A stretch of 63,989 bases of DNA, filler included, from Octopus bimaculoides (lineage: Eukaryota), in assembly GCF_001194135.2 (NCBI RefSeq). It is 5 parts of 5 records of this genome, joined end to end, with 100 filler letters (N's around TTAATTAATTAA, not from the genome) between each part and the next. Parts side by side here need not be neighbours in the genome. Positions count along the whole stretch, not along the records: positions 1 to 19,563 come from NC_068995.1; 4 more parts are not named here. The stretch is one strand, 5' to 3'. Under the pieces are notes generated by a model, which saw nothing but the letters and a program-made list of their open reading frames with translations, had not been told where the DNA came from and did no database searches. Each line of letters begins with the position of its first letter. The stretch's first letter is position 1. A program made the translations under genes and the position numbers. This document shows positions 1 through 12,270 of the stretch, piece by piece.

Positions 1-541
1 TGTACGTGCGTGTTTGTGTGTGTGTGCGTGTGCGAGAGAGAGAGACAGAGAGAAAGAGAGAGATTGAGAAAGTGAGTCTGTGTGCGTGTATGTACGTGTA
101 AGACTGAATAAGAGCGCGCAATTGTGTGTGCGTATGTGTGTTTGTGCGTGTGTGTACTTGTGCTTAGCTCGCTTGGTTTATATACGTCCCCAGTAATCTT
201 ACACTTTAGTAAAGCGGGGTCTATGTACCAGACTTAAATAATGTACAGGGGTCGATTTGTTCTGCAAAATCCTTCAAGGTTCCGAGATGGTCACATTCCA
301 ATGAACGAAACAACTATAAGATTAAAAGAGTACATATTATACCCACAAACATATACCTACCAACCTGTATGTATGTGGTGCAAAACTGAGTATTACCTAT
401 TGGTTGATAACTAATGAAGAACCAGGGGACCCTCTGTGTTTGTCTCCCGTCTGGTTGTACCCTTAGTATACGTTGCCGTTTGTTTATTTACCACATTTTC
501 CCCTTTATTGTGTATGTATGTATGTATGTATGTATGTATAC

Positions 542-955
542 TCTTTTACTCTTTTACTTGTTTCAGTCATTTGACTGTGGCCATGCTGGAGCACCGCCTT
601 TATAGTCGAGCAAATCGACCCCAGAGTTTATTCTTTGTAAGCCTAGTACTTATTCTATCGGTTTCTTTTGCCGAGCTGCTAAGTTACGGGACGTAAACAC
701 ACCAGCATCGGTTGTCAAGCGATACTGGGGGGTGGGTGGGGACAAACAGACACACAAACACACACACCTACATATATATATATATATACGACGGGCTTCT
801 TCCAGTTTCCGTCTACCAAATCCACTCACAAGGTTTTGGTCGGCCCGAGGCTATAGTAGAAGACACTTTGCTCAAGGTGCCGGGTGCAGTGGGACTGAAC
901 CCGGGACCATGTGGTTGCTAAGCAAGCTACTTACCACACAGCCACTCCTGCGCCT
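542..955 (-). mobile_element. tRNA-derived SINE family A, full length
   Basis: Reverse complement of the 3355-3780 copy: tRNA-like head, CTTGGGCAAGTGTCTT-like block, central (TA/TG)n, tail GGCGGTGCTCCAGCATGGCC...(GTAAAAGA)n. Confidence 0.9.
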
Positions 956-1277
956 GAATGTGTGTATGTATGTATGTGTTAGTAAAAGAAATAAAAGTTC
1001 AAGAGATACAGGTGTGTTGGGTGCAGCAACAGCAGTAGTAGTAGTAGTATTTCAGATTGTTCAGAGGTCGTTTAGTTAGCTCTTATCAGTGTTATCCATG
1101 GATTTCTTGAAGCGGAAGTGCCAATGATCGCTTTATAAGTGTTTCCAGACGAAAACATGCATGTTTTCTTCTTCCGCTTCCTTCCTTTTCTTCCTTTCTT
1201 TTTCTTTCCTTCTTTCTATTAAGTTCTTGTCTGGAGATATCAGAAACATAATAGTTTAAAACTGAATAATGAAAAGT

Positions 1278-1320
<43 letters not shown>

Positions 1321-1328
1321 TTTTTTTT

Positions 1329-1402
<74 letters not shown>

Positions 1403-1530
1403 GTCTCTTTCATTATATATGCATATATGTGTATGTGTATGTATGTATGTATGTATGTATGTATGTATTTGTGTGTGAGTGAATGAGCGTATGTAAGTGA
1501 ATGACTGTGTGTGTGTGTGTGTGTGTGTAT
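1278..1530. repeat. Compound microsatellite (CT)n/(T)n/(TATG)n/(TG)n
   Basis: Directly visible simple repeats. Confidence 0.95.
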
Positions 1531-2209
1531 TTGTATACATATGTATATATATGCACATCCTCAAGAGATAAATCAATATTCATCTTCATGTACATAGCTG
1601 TATGTGAAACTGAGAAAATGCACAACAGTGGAAAATGGCGCTATTACAACACTATTATTTACATAACCAAGCTAAGAGCTAAAAATATACCCAGGTAGAA
1701 AACAGTTACATAAACTAATATTAAAACCAATTACGAGTATATTAACACCTCAGTTTTACTGCACTGAATTTCAGAAGACGTATTAAAATCTCTGTTTCAC
1801 AGTTACGAACGCATCATGGCTGTCTTTTTTCTTTTTAATTTTAACAGCGAGAGAGAAAACTATTGGCAACTCAACTATCTATTTATCAACCTATATTTCT
1901 TTCTGCCTGTCTTTTCAACATATCAGCCAATAATATATTCACCAATCTGTCTACCAGTAAAGTCACGTGTGTAGTATAGTAACGAAATGACCAGCTGGAC
2001 AACTAATGGATTATTAACCGATAGTCTCTAAGATCAAATCCTTGCAGGTGTTTCATTTTTATTAGTCGAAAATAGAGACTGAATGGTTGATTCGCCTATC
2101 TTATTCAGGGAACAATATTTTTTTCTGTTTAATTGAAATTTTTGTTTCTAATGTAGGTACATCACCAGCAATCTTGATTGAAGGACTTCATTCGATTACA
2201 TCGAACACA

Positions 2210-2542
2210 GAAAGCGGTGAGCTGGCAGAATCGTTAGGACGCCGGGCGAAATGCTCAGCGGGATTTCGTTTGCCACTACGTTCTGAGTTCAAATTCCGCC
2301 GAGGTCGTCTTTGCCTTTCATCCTTTCGGGGTCGATTAAATAAGTACCAGTTACGCACTGGGGTCGATGTAATCGACTTAATCCCTTCGTCTGTCCTTGT
2401 TTGTCCCCTCTATGTTTAGCCCCTTGTGGGCAATAAAGAAATAAGAAACGTTAGCACGCAGGGTGAAATGCTGGGGTCGATCTGATCGACTGGCCCCCTC
2501 CCACAAAATTTTGGGTCCTGTGCATAGAGTTAAAAAGATTAT
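2210..2542 (+). mobile_element. SINE family B composite: young unit with 67-bp alternative tail (2381-2447) followed by remnant of an older B copy
   Basis: Head GAGCTGGCAGAATCGTTAG, B-box-like GAGTTCAAATTCC, core GCCTTTCATCCTTTCGGGGTCGAT; restarts at ACGTTAGCACG (2448) and ends in a TGTGCATAGAGTTAAAAAGA tail. Confidence 0.85.
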
Positions 2543-3354
2543 TTATACATCCTTCGTTGTATATTCAGTGCGTTCATGTCAGACTTTGTGGGATATTTTA
2601 AAATCACAAGGGCCTTTATTTCTATCGAGAGATTAAATCTTAATGTGTTTTTTATGTATACTTGTGTGCGTATATTGATATGTTGCTGCACACACACACA
2701 CACACACATCAGAAAGTGACGGTGGAACTCGAGAGAATTACCTCTATTCAATGAATCGTGTATGTGTGTGCGTGCACGTGTGTGTGTGTTTGTGTGCGTT
2801 TGAGTCTATGTGTAGAGACGTAGAGTGAGAAACAAAGAGAGAGGGGAGATAGGTAGGTAGACAGGCAGACAGATAGACAGATACATACATACATACATAC
2901 ATACATACATACATACATACATACATGTATATACATACGTGCAAACATGTACATATGTACATACATACATTTACGCGTGTGCGATGTGTGTTTGTGTGAG
3001 TGTGCGTGTGTGTGTGTTTGTGTGTACTCTGTGGGGCTCACCGTAACATTTTGGCGTTTGCTATCGTACATATGTTGAAAAGTACCCACTGAGCGTGACA
3101 AACCCCATCCATTACACGCAGCAGCAGCAGCAGCAGCAGCAACAAGAACAACAAATAGCCCCACCCCACCCAGCAGCAGCAGTCACAACAGATACAGAAA
3201 GAATTTCTTTTGCCTAATTTCCTTCCTCTGATTTCTTACATAGATACAATGGTTTACAAAGGGAGAGGTTATTAAATGAGCCGTGTGGCGGTTATGCCTT
3301 TCCCAAAGTGAAAGTGAAAGCTATTTCGAACTTAACATTTAAACATACACATAT

Positions 3355-3780
3355 AGGCGTAGGAGTGGCTGTGTGGTAAGTAGTTTGCTTACCAACGACA
3401 TGGATCCGGGTTCAGTCCCACTGCGAGGCATCTTGGGCAAGGGTCTTCTACTATAGCCTCGGGCCGATCAAAGCCTTGTGAGTGGATTTGGTAGACGGAA
3501 ACTGAAAAAAGCCCGTCGTATATGTGTGTGTGTGTTTGTATATATATATGTGTGTATGTGTTTGTGTATCTGTGTTTGTCCCGCCAACATCGCTTGACAA
3601 CCGATGCTGGTGTGTTTACGTCCCCGTAACTTAGCGGTTCGGCAAAAGAGACCTATACAATAAGTACTAGGCTTCCAAAGAATAAGTCCTGGGGTCGATT
3701 TGCTCGACTAAAGGCGGTGCTCTAGCATGGCCACAGTCAAAAGACTGAAACAAGTAAAAGAGTAAAAGAGAGTAAAGAGA
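3355..3780 (+). mobile_element. tRNA-derived SINE family A, full length
   Basis: A-box-like TGGCTGTGTGGTA, B-box-like GGTTCAGTCCC, central (TG)n, 3' (GTAAAAGA)n tail; more than 12 related copies in the window. Confidence 0.9.
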
Positions 3781-4093
3781 GATATAGTTCTTAGCATGAG
3801 AGTCCAACTTCATGAGAAGAGGTAGAATGTGATGCTGTTTATCCTGTTTCCAATGTATTCAATAGTGATCGCTATTATTATTCTTATTAAGCCACATGTC
3901 AGAGTTGATCCAGCAGACTTATATTCCAATGTGTTTTCAGCCGTGACCATCACGATTATTTCAGTAATCTACCTTGCTGTATCGCGGACTATATTGTCGA
4001 ATATCTTTCCTCCCCGACAGCTCCCAACCTTTTCTTTACTTCTTACCAGTTAATATTTTGGTAACTGTTTTAATCCACTTACTCTACATTATA

Positions 4094-4178
4094 ATAAATC
4101 ACTACTACTACTACTACTATACACACACACACACACGCACGCACGCACACACACACGCACACACATACATACATGCAA

Positions 4179-4210
<32 letters not shown>

Positions 4211-4226
4211 ATATATATATACACAT

Positions 4227-4295
<69 letters not shown>

Positions 4296-4320
4296 ATACA
4301 TATATATATATATATATATA
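4094..4320. repeat. Compound microsatellite (CTA)n/(AC)n/(AT)n/(TG)n
   Basis: Directly visible. Confidence 0.95.
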
Positions 4321-6358
4321 GGTAAGTGGTAGGTTTGCCTCGATCCTTCAGGGATAGTCTGAAGCATCCAAGCAACCAGGGATGTTTAAATCCGGAGGCA
4401 CTCCTGGGGATCACCTGTATGGGTACCGTCTTGGGAAGAGGTCGTCCAGAGGCAGGTAATATGTTGCTTAAACCGTAGTTAACGTATTTACTTGGAGAAT
4501 GGAGCAACAAATACAAGAAAAAGCATTTTCGTTGGACTAGATAGCCGTTGTTTTATTATGTGGAGCTTGTTAAATGAGTCAGTGTGGAGGTTTAGGTTAT
4601 GTAATGAGTCATTTTGTATATTATGTCTTAGTCACTTACGTCACTTACATAGTTAAAGTTATGCTAAGTAACGGTGAACGGTACCAGTATATTCAGCATA
4701 ACAAACTACTCCACCTCGTTGTTAGAATATCCGCATAATTGGAGTCTGGACCGGCTAGTTTGTAATGGCATTGAGTCGTATTAGTTCTGATAATGAAGTC
4801 AAACCAAATAGTGATATTTTGAAATCATTTAATACGTATGTTTCTGGTCTGTGTAATATATAATTGGAAAAGTATTCGTTATATAAATATTTCAACATAA
4901 TTTGAAATGTTTTAACTGAGAAAGGTCTTACGTAATGGATGCTTTTCGTACCATATATTACGCAGAACTTGAAACACAGATATTAAATAACTTCAAAATA
5001 CTTGTTTAGTTTGACTTCATTATCACAACTTGTGTGTGTGAGTGTGTGTGTGTATGTGTGTGCCTGTGCGTGCGTGTGTCTATATATATACATACATATG
5101 TTTATATTTATGTTTACAGGTGTGAATGTATGTATGTTATTGTGTGTGTATGTATGCCGGTATGATGTATGTACTTGTTTGAGATAGCAGAATCGGTTCT
5201 TTGAACAAAAATTACTACGTATTATCTGGTTCCGTCTTGTTGCATCCGTTTGTAGGGGAATTTTTTTCTCTCCATTAGAAGATAAATGCAATACAAAGCA
5301 GAGAGCAGGAATCGTCAAAATCAACTAAAACCTTCAACAGCAGTGCTCCTGCTTGGCCGCAGCTCAATTACTGAAACCGCGGAAAGGCTAACTGAAAGCG
5401 ATCAAATTAAACAAAACTATTTGCTAAACAATTAGCATTACCAAAAGCGAGATCAACAAACATTTAAAAGTGTCATACTTTACACATTCAACATGAAACG
5501 AAAAAATAAACGACAATGGTTTTTGCCTTCTCAAGCTGTTGACGTCACAAAAGTCATGTGGCGTGGTTGTTTAAATCTCAGCTCAATAACAAAACGAACA
5601 TGATTAAATAACGCGTTTTCACAATTTATAATGTGGTTCGATTGTCAAATGACCATTGTTGGATTATTGTCAGGTTTCTTTTTCTCGAGCAACTAAATTC
5701 TTATAAACATAATGTAACATACAGAAAGTCGTGATCACTTGACAAACAACAGCCATCTTAATCACATTTGACGTAAATTTATGGGCTTCTCGTGGTTTTG
5801 TTCATTAGAATTGTTGGCATTTCAGACCATTCTGGAGTATCATTTTATCTTGTTTTCCCCCATATATGTACCTCGTCAAACAAACCTATATTCACGTGTG
5901 TTCTAAGCATGACGATTTTCAGACAAATGTATCTTGGACTAAATTTTTAATGTGCTCTTTAATATGTACTTTCGTATTTCAAGCAGAAGTTTTGTGTATA
6001 TGATTCGATTAGAGATTTCCTTATTGTTTTTGATAAATCGATCAATCACAAATAGGTCTCGATGAATCAATAATTTGCGCCAGACTGCTTTATATAACAC
6101 ACCGATGATGTCAGATGTTTATAAGATTTTGGACAGGTATCAACAAATGCATTTATTGATCAGGAAATATGCTTCAACCTTAAATTTAACATTGAACATA
6201 GGAGGTGAATCAGTGTCTTCAGCCTTCCTTATTATATATCTAAAATTAAATATCTGTATGTGTGTATACATACATGAATATGTATGTATAAAGCAAAAGT
6301 ACATCACCATATTAGGCAGAAGTCTAATGACATCTGTCTTCCCAACCCTAATTCTATA

Positions 6359-6404
<46 letters not shown>

Positions 6405-7280
6405 NNNNNNNNNNNNNNNNNNNNNNNNNNNNNNNNNNNNNNNNNNNNNNNNNNNNNNNNNNNNNNNNNNNNNNNNNNNNNNNNNNNNNNNNNNNNNNNN
6501 NNNNNNNNNNNNNNNNNNNNNNNNNNNNNNNNNNNNNNNNNNNNNNNNNNNNNNNNNNNNNNNNNNNNNNNNNNNNNNNNNNNNNNNNNNNNNNNNNNNN
6601 NNNNNNNNNNNNNNNNNNNNNNNNNNNNNNNNNNNNNNNNNNNNNNNNNNNNNNNNNNNNNNNNNNNNNNNNNNNNNNNNNNNNNNNNNNNNNNNNNNNN
6701 NNNNNNNNNNNNNNNNNNNNNNNNNNNNNNNNNNNNNNNNNNNNNNNNNNNNNNNNNNNNNNNNNNNNNNNNNNNNNNNNNNNNNNNNNNNNNNNNNNNN
6801 NNNNNNNNNNNNNNNNNNNNNNNNNNNNNNNNNNNNNNNNNNNNNNNNNNNNNNNNNNNNNNNNNNNNNNNNNNNNNNNNNNNNNNNNNNNNNNNNNNNN
6901 NNNNNNNNNNNNNNNNNNNNNNNNNNNNNNNNNNNNNNNNNNNNNNNNNNNNNNNNNNNNNNNNNNNNNNNNNNNNNNNNNNNNNNNNNNNNNNNNNNNN
7001 NNNNNNNNNNNNNNNNNNNNNNNNNNNNNNNNNNNNNNNNNNNNNNNNNNNNNNNNNNNNNNNNNNNNNNNNNNNNNNNNNNNNNNNNNNNNNNNNNNNN
7101 NNNNNNNNNNNNNNNNNNNNNNNNNNNNNNNNNNNNNNNNNNNNNNNNNNNNNNNNNTATATTAATATATATATATACACACACACACAAATAGTTATGG
7201 TATATTCACTTAAGAATGTAGTAGTTCGTCCACCTTCAGATTTACTCTGAGTTATCAATTATATATATATATATATATTA

Positions 7281-7758
7281 TTTTACTCTTTTACTTGTTC
7301 CAGTGATTTGACTGCGGCCATGCTGGAGCACCGCCTTTAGTCGAGCAAATCGACCCCAGGACTTATTCTTTGTAAGCCTAGTACTTATTCTATCGGTGAC
7401 TTTTGCCGAACCGCTAAGTTACGGGGACGTAAACACACCAGCATCGATTGTCAAGCGATGTTGTGGGGACAAACATAAACACACATACACACACACACAC
7501 ATATATATATATACATATACGTATATACGACGGGCTTGTTTCTGTTTCCGTCTACCAAATCCACTCAAGGCTTTGGTCGGCCCGAGGCTATAGTAGAAGA
7601 CACTTGCCCAAGGTACCACGCAGTGGGACTGAACCCGGAACAATGTGGTTGGTAAGCAAACTACTTACCACACAGCCACTCCTGCGCCTGTACGCAGTAA
7701 GACTGAACCCGGAACCATGTGGTTGGGAAGCAAGCTTCTTACTGCACAGCCACGCATA
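7281..7758 (-). mobile_element. SINE family A, full length (7281-7689) plus a second partial head (7690-7758)
   Basis: High similarity to 542-955; GACTGAACCCGGAAC..ATGTGGTTGG occurs twice. Confidence 0.88.
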
Positions 7759-7764
7759 TACTAT

Positions 7765-7805
<41 letters not shown>

Positions 7806-7984
7806 AGTTTGCATATACATATGTATGTATGTATGTGTATTTTGAAGTCCCAGTCAATTTGATCTTCATTATAATTTTGATTCTCCGTACAAAGTCATCA
7901 CATCTGTAAGTATTCTGTTGTTATTCTTAAATTTGATTTGAAATCTTAACTTTATTTCAACACTCACATACCTACAGACACAGG

Positions 7985-8044
<60 letters not shown>

Positions 8045-8681
8045 TACACACACATGTATATTAATGTATATCTATCTTTATATATGTAGAATATATGTGT
8101 GCTTCTATAAGTATTAGTATTTATAGATATGTGCGTATATATATCTGTGTGTGCGCGATTGTGTATATATGTGTGCATATATGTATAATGTGGATGTGTA
8201 TAGGTGTGTGTGTGCGCACGCACGTATCTGTGTGTATGTACGCATCTTTGACTTTCAAGAATAATTCATTACCAAAGTTATAGTTTACAACAATGGCTTC
8301 TCAGTAGAAAATGGTGTATATTTGAGTTTTCTACAAAAAGTCTTAAGAAAAAAGCACATAAAGAAAATAACCAAAACGGGAAAAAAATATATAATAATAA
8401 TAAATTTGAAATCTAATGGCTGCCAAAGCATTGTAGAGAAATGTTGAAATGTTAAAATTAGTGAGATAATAAAAGTTAATAATAACATTTAATGCTATTA
8501 GCATAAGTAGTTTCCAGAATATTCTTGAAATAAATATGAAAAAGAAACATCATGCAAATGTTTGTTTATTCCGTACTTCTTCTGGTTTTGGAAATATAAT
8601 GAATAGTGAGATGCTGTGATATAGTGGCAGGAAGTATCAACGACCAGGTTGCACAAGAGAGGATGAAATAATTTGGTATTT

Positions 8682-9455
8682 ACTGGCAGAAACGTTAGCA
8701 CACCGGGCGAAATGCTTAGCGGTATTTCGTCTGCCGTTACGTTCTGAGTTCAAATTCCGCCGAGGTCGACTTTCCCTTTCATCCTTTCGGGGTCGATAAA
8801 TTAAGTACCAGTTACGCACTGGAGTCGATGTAATCGACTTAACCCCTTTGTCTGTCCTTGTTTGACCCCTCTATGTTTAGTCCCCTTGTGGGCAATAAAG
8901 AAATAAGGNNNNNNNNNNNNNNNNNNNNNNNNNNNNNNNNNNNNNNNNNNNNNNNNNNNNNNNNNNNNNNNNNNNNNNNNNNNNNNNNNNNNNNNNNNNN
9001 NNNNNNNNNNNNNNNNNNNNNNNNNNNNNNNNNNNNNNNNNNNNNNNNNNNNNNCCTTGTGGGCAATAAAGAAATAAGAAACGTTAGCACGCCGGGAAAA
9101 ATGCTTAGCGGTATTTCGTCTGCCGTTACGTTCTGAGTTCAAATTCCGTCGAGGTCGACTTTGCCTTTCATCCTTTCGGGGTCGATAAATTAAGTACCAG
9201 TTACGCACTGGGGTCGATGTAATCGACTTAACCCCTTTGTCTGTCCTTGTTTGACCCCTCTATGTTTAGTCCCCTTGTGGGCAATAAAGAAATAAGGAAC
9301 GTTAGCACGCTTAGCAGCACTTTACGTTCTGAGTTCAAATTCCACCGAGGACGATGAAATAAGTACCAGTTGAGTACTGGGTCGATATAATCGATTTAAC
9401 TCCTTCCCCGAACTTACTGGCTTGCTGTCAGAATTTAAAACCAATATTATTACAT
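8682..9455 (+). mobile_element. Tandem array (at least 3 units, period 218 bp) of the young SINE-B variant inside an older B copy
   Basis: Units start ACGTTAGCAC at 8692 and 9081, old remnant resumes at 9299; units differ by several substitutions; gap 8909-9054. Confidence 0.85.
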
Positions 9456-9620
9456 TCAACTTTACAATGAAAGAGATGTGAGTTCGAGTCTCATGGCTGG
9501 CCAGTAACGTATTTTTCTGCATTATATGGATAATTTATCCTGATCACACTATTTATAGCATTATCACGCGTTTGAGAAATAAATTTATTTCTGTATCTTA
9601 CAATATTATTACATATTAGC

Positions 9621-9809
9621 GAAGGCGGCAAATTGACAGATTCGTTAGGATACCAGACAAAATGCTTGGTGGTATTCTGTCCTGCCGAGGTCGACTTTAC
9701 TTTACAAACTTTCCGAGTCGATAAAATAAGTACCAGTTGAGCAGTGGGGTCGATGTAATCAACTTAACCCCTCCGCCCAAATTCCTGGCTTTGTGTCAAA
9801 ATTCGATGC
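9621..9809 (+). mobile_element. SINE family B (old subtype) with probable 17-bp TSD
   Basis: Head GAAGGCGGCAAATTGACAGA; flanks CAATATTATTACATATT (9601-9617) and CAATATTATTATATATT (9810-9826). Confidence 0.75.
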
Positions 9810-9918
9810 CAATATTATTATATATTGCCGAAAGCGGCGTGCTAGCAAAATCATTAATACTACAGACAAAATACACAGCTACATTTCGTCCCACTTTACA
9901 TATATATATGTATGTATG

Positions 9919-10141
9919 TTTGTGTGTCGGTGTTTGTCACCCCCAACATCGCTTGACAACCGATGCTATTGTGTTTACGTCTCCGTAACTTAGCGGTTCG
10001 GGAAAATGGACCGATAGAATAAGTACTAAGCTTACAAAGAATAAGTCCTGGGGTCGATTTGCTCGAATAAAGGCGGTGCTCCAGCATGGCCACAGTCAAA
10101 TGGCTGAAACAAGTAAAAGAGTAAGAGAGTAAAGAGTAAGA
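9919..10141 (+). mobile_element. SINE family A, 3' half
   Basis: CCAACATCGCTTGACAACCGATGC...GGCGGTGCTCCAGCATGGCC...GTAAAAGAG. Confidence 0.85.
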
Positions 10142-10312
10142 GTATATATGTGCGTGTGTGTATGTATATGCATATATACTTGTGTNNNNNNNNNNNNNNN
10201 NNNNNNNNNNNNNNNNNNNNNNNNNNNNNNNNNNNNNNNNNNNNNNNNNNNNNNNNNNNNNNNNNNNNNNNNNNNNNNNNNNNNNNNNNNNNNNNNNNNN
10301 NNNNNNNNNNNN

Positions 10313-10377
<65 letters not shown>

Positions 10378-10454
10378 GAGTGCGTGTCTGTGTGCGTCTG
10401 TGTGCGTGTATGTCTGTGTCTGTGTGTATCCCATATGTAAATGTAACAATGTGA

Positions 10455-11340
10455 ATATCTTAACCCAGAAACCTCTAATGGCGAATTTCTGAAATGTTTT
10501 ACAAATTTTCACAGTTACCCCGATTCGATTGTATTTCGAAAATGCAAATCAGTTTATTTTATTCTTTCATAAAAAAAACCCAAATACTTCTAGGCTCCTT
10601 GTAGATTTATAGTTATGTAACCCCATGCACCTATAACAATAGAAAGCAATAAAAATCTATTGCTTGGGTAAATGTTTCTTGCTTGAGCTGTAGTTTTCTC
10701 ATCAGTTTTTCTATAGATGTTCTTCTTTTCCTTAATCTTTGAAGATGCATTCACATCTACAACTCAGCTGTGGAGGCGCAATAGCCCAGTGGTTAGGGCA
10801 GCGGACTCGCGGTCATAGGATCGCGGTTTCGATTCCCAAACCGGGCGTTGTGAGTGTTTATTGAGCGAAAACACCTAAAGCTCCACGAGGCTCCGACAGG
10901 GGATGGTGGCGAACCTTGCTGTACTCTTTCACCACAACTTTCTCTCACTCTTACTCCCTGTTTCTGTTGTGCCTGTAATTCAAAAGGGTCAGCCTTGTCA
11001 CACACTGTGTCACGCTGAATATCCCCGAGAACTACGTTAAGGGTACACGTGTCTGTGGAGTGCTCAGCCACTTGCACGTTAATTTCACGAGCAGGCTGTT
11101 CCGTTGATCGGATCAACTGGCACCCTCGACGTCGTAAGCGACGGAGTGCCAACGAACGAACGATTACTCAGCTGATCTCTACAACTATGAATCACTTTTG
11201 CTCCCTGTCCTATAAGAATTATACATGTCCTGTTGTGTTTACACTGGTTTACTTATCACATTCGAATGTTCCACTTGTACTCTTTATTTCTAAATGTGTA
11301 GATACTTTCTGCTTCTAGTGTGCCTTTGATATAGCCAGTA
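10455..11340 (-). pseudogene. Decayed C-terminal restriction-like endonuclease region of an R4/Dong-like non-LTR retrotransposon, split by SINE C
   Basis: My minus-strand translation across frameshifts: CKHNR..II..DREQK..IVVEIS..VDVN..KIKEKKNIY...IVIGAWGY...TVKICKTFQKFAI, a PD-(D/E)XK layout homologous to 18700-19250. Confidence 0.75.
10771..11165 (+). mobile_element. tRNA-derived SINE family C, full length with 9-bp TSD
   Basis: Head GGAGGCGCAATAGCCCAGTGGTTAGGG...GGTTTCGATTCCC, (AACG)n tail, TSD ACTCAGCTG at 10762-10770 and 11166-11174. Confidence 0.92.
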
Positions 11341-12209
11341 TTGTAAATCGTCTTGGCGAACAGTCTCTTGTATTATGGCAACGTATGATAAGGCATAAAA
11401 AAACGGTGCTCTTTCTTTATGTTCATAACTTAGCAGTCTGAACTAGAAATCGATAAAATGAGTACCAGAGATAAATATAACCAGGCAGTACAATCATTGA
11501 TGTGATTAACTACAAATCATTCACGCTGTTGCCTCATCGTGGCCGCTGTTCAAATTGACTTGGACCACCAGAAATATATGAAGAATATTGAATATTCATC
11601 TCTGTTTTGTCCAATCAATTTGTCCTTCATATTTTTAAAAAAGGCAGGCTGTGATTTGACTGTTATTTCTAGATATGGCTTAGTTTTGATTTTGGAAAAG
11701 TAAATGGTAAGTTTTATAGGGGCAATGGGGAAGAGTTAGATGGTGCAAAATTCGCCACCACCATCCCATCCACTAATCTATTTAATTAATGCCGGTAAAA
11801 CAATTAATGAAATATGGTACAGTTTATGTTTCATGTCTACTTCCGGACTATATGTGTATATAGGCATGTATCCGTCTGTATGTATGTATGTTTATATGTA
11901 TGTATGTATTATGCATGTATGTATTTATGTATGTATGTATGTGCATGTGTATGTGCGTTTGTGCATGTGCGCGTGTATATGAGGGAATGTATGTGTGAGT
12001 ATGTAAATATGTATTCTTACATATGTGTGCATATGAATGTGTGTGAAAGGAGCTGTGTTGGTAATCAATATGTATGCGTGCTTGCTTATTTGTGTGTGTG
12101 CGTGCGTGTGTGTTTGTATGCGTGTGTGTTTGGACAGTTGATATAGAAACGTTTGATTCTAGAGATTAGATTGGCTAATCAAATCTATATGGAGCATATA
12201 ATTCCACAT

Positions 12210-12270
<61 letters not shown>

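Noticed and set aside
3305-3320. ISRE/IRF-like AAAGTGAAAGTGAAAG
   Set aside because: A short tandem hexamer is expected by chance in repeat-rich DNA; no supporting context.
8692-9299. CRISPR-like repeat array
   Set aside because: Units are 218-bp SINE copies with no unique spacers, there are no cas genes, and the context is eukaryotic.
10771-10850. tRNA genes at SINE heads (also 3355, 37844, 41190)
   Set aside because: A/B boxes are present but there is no complete cloverleaf or acceptor stem, and each continues into a repeated SINE body, with TSDs at two of them.
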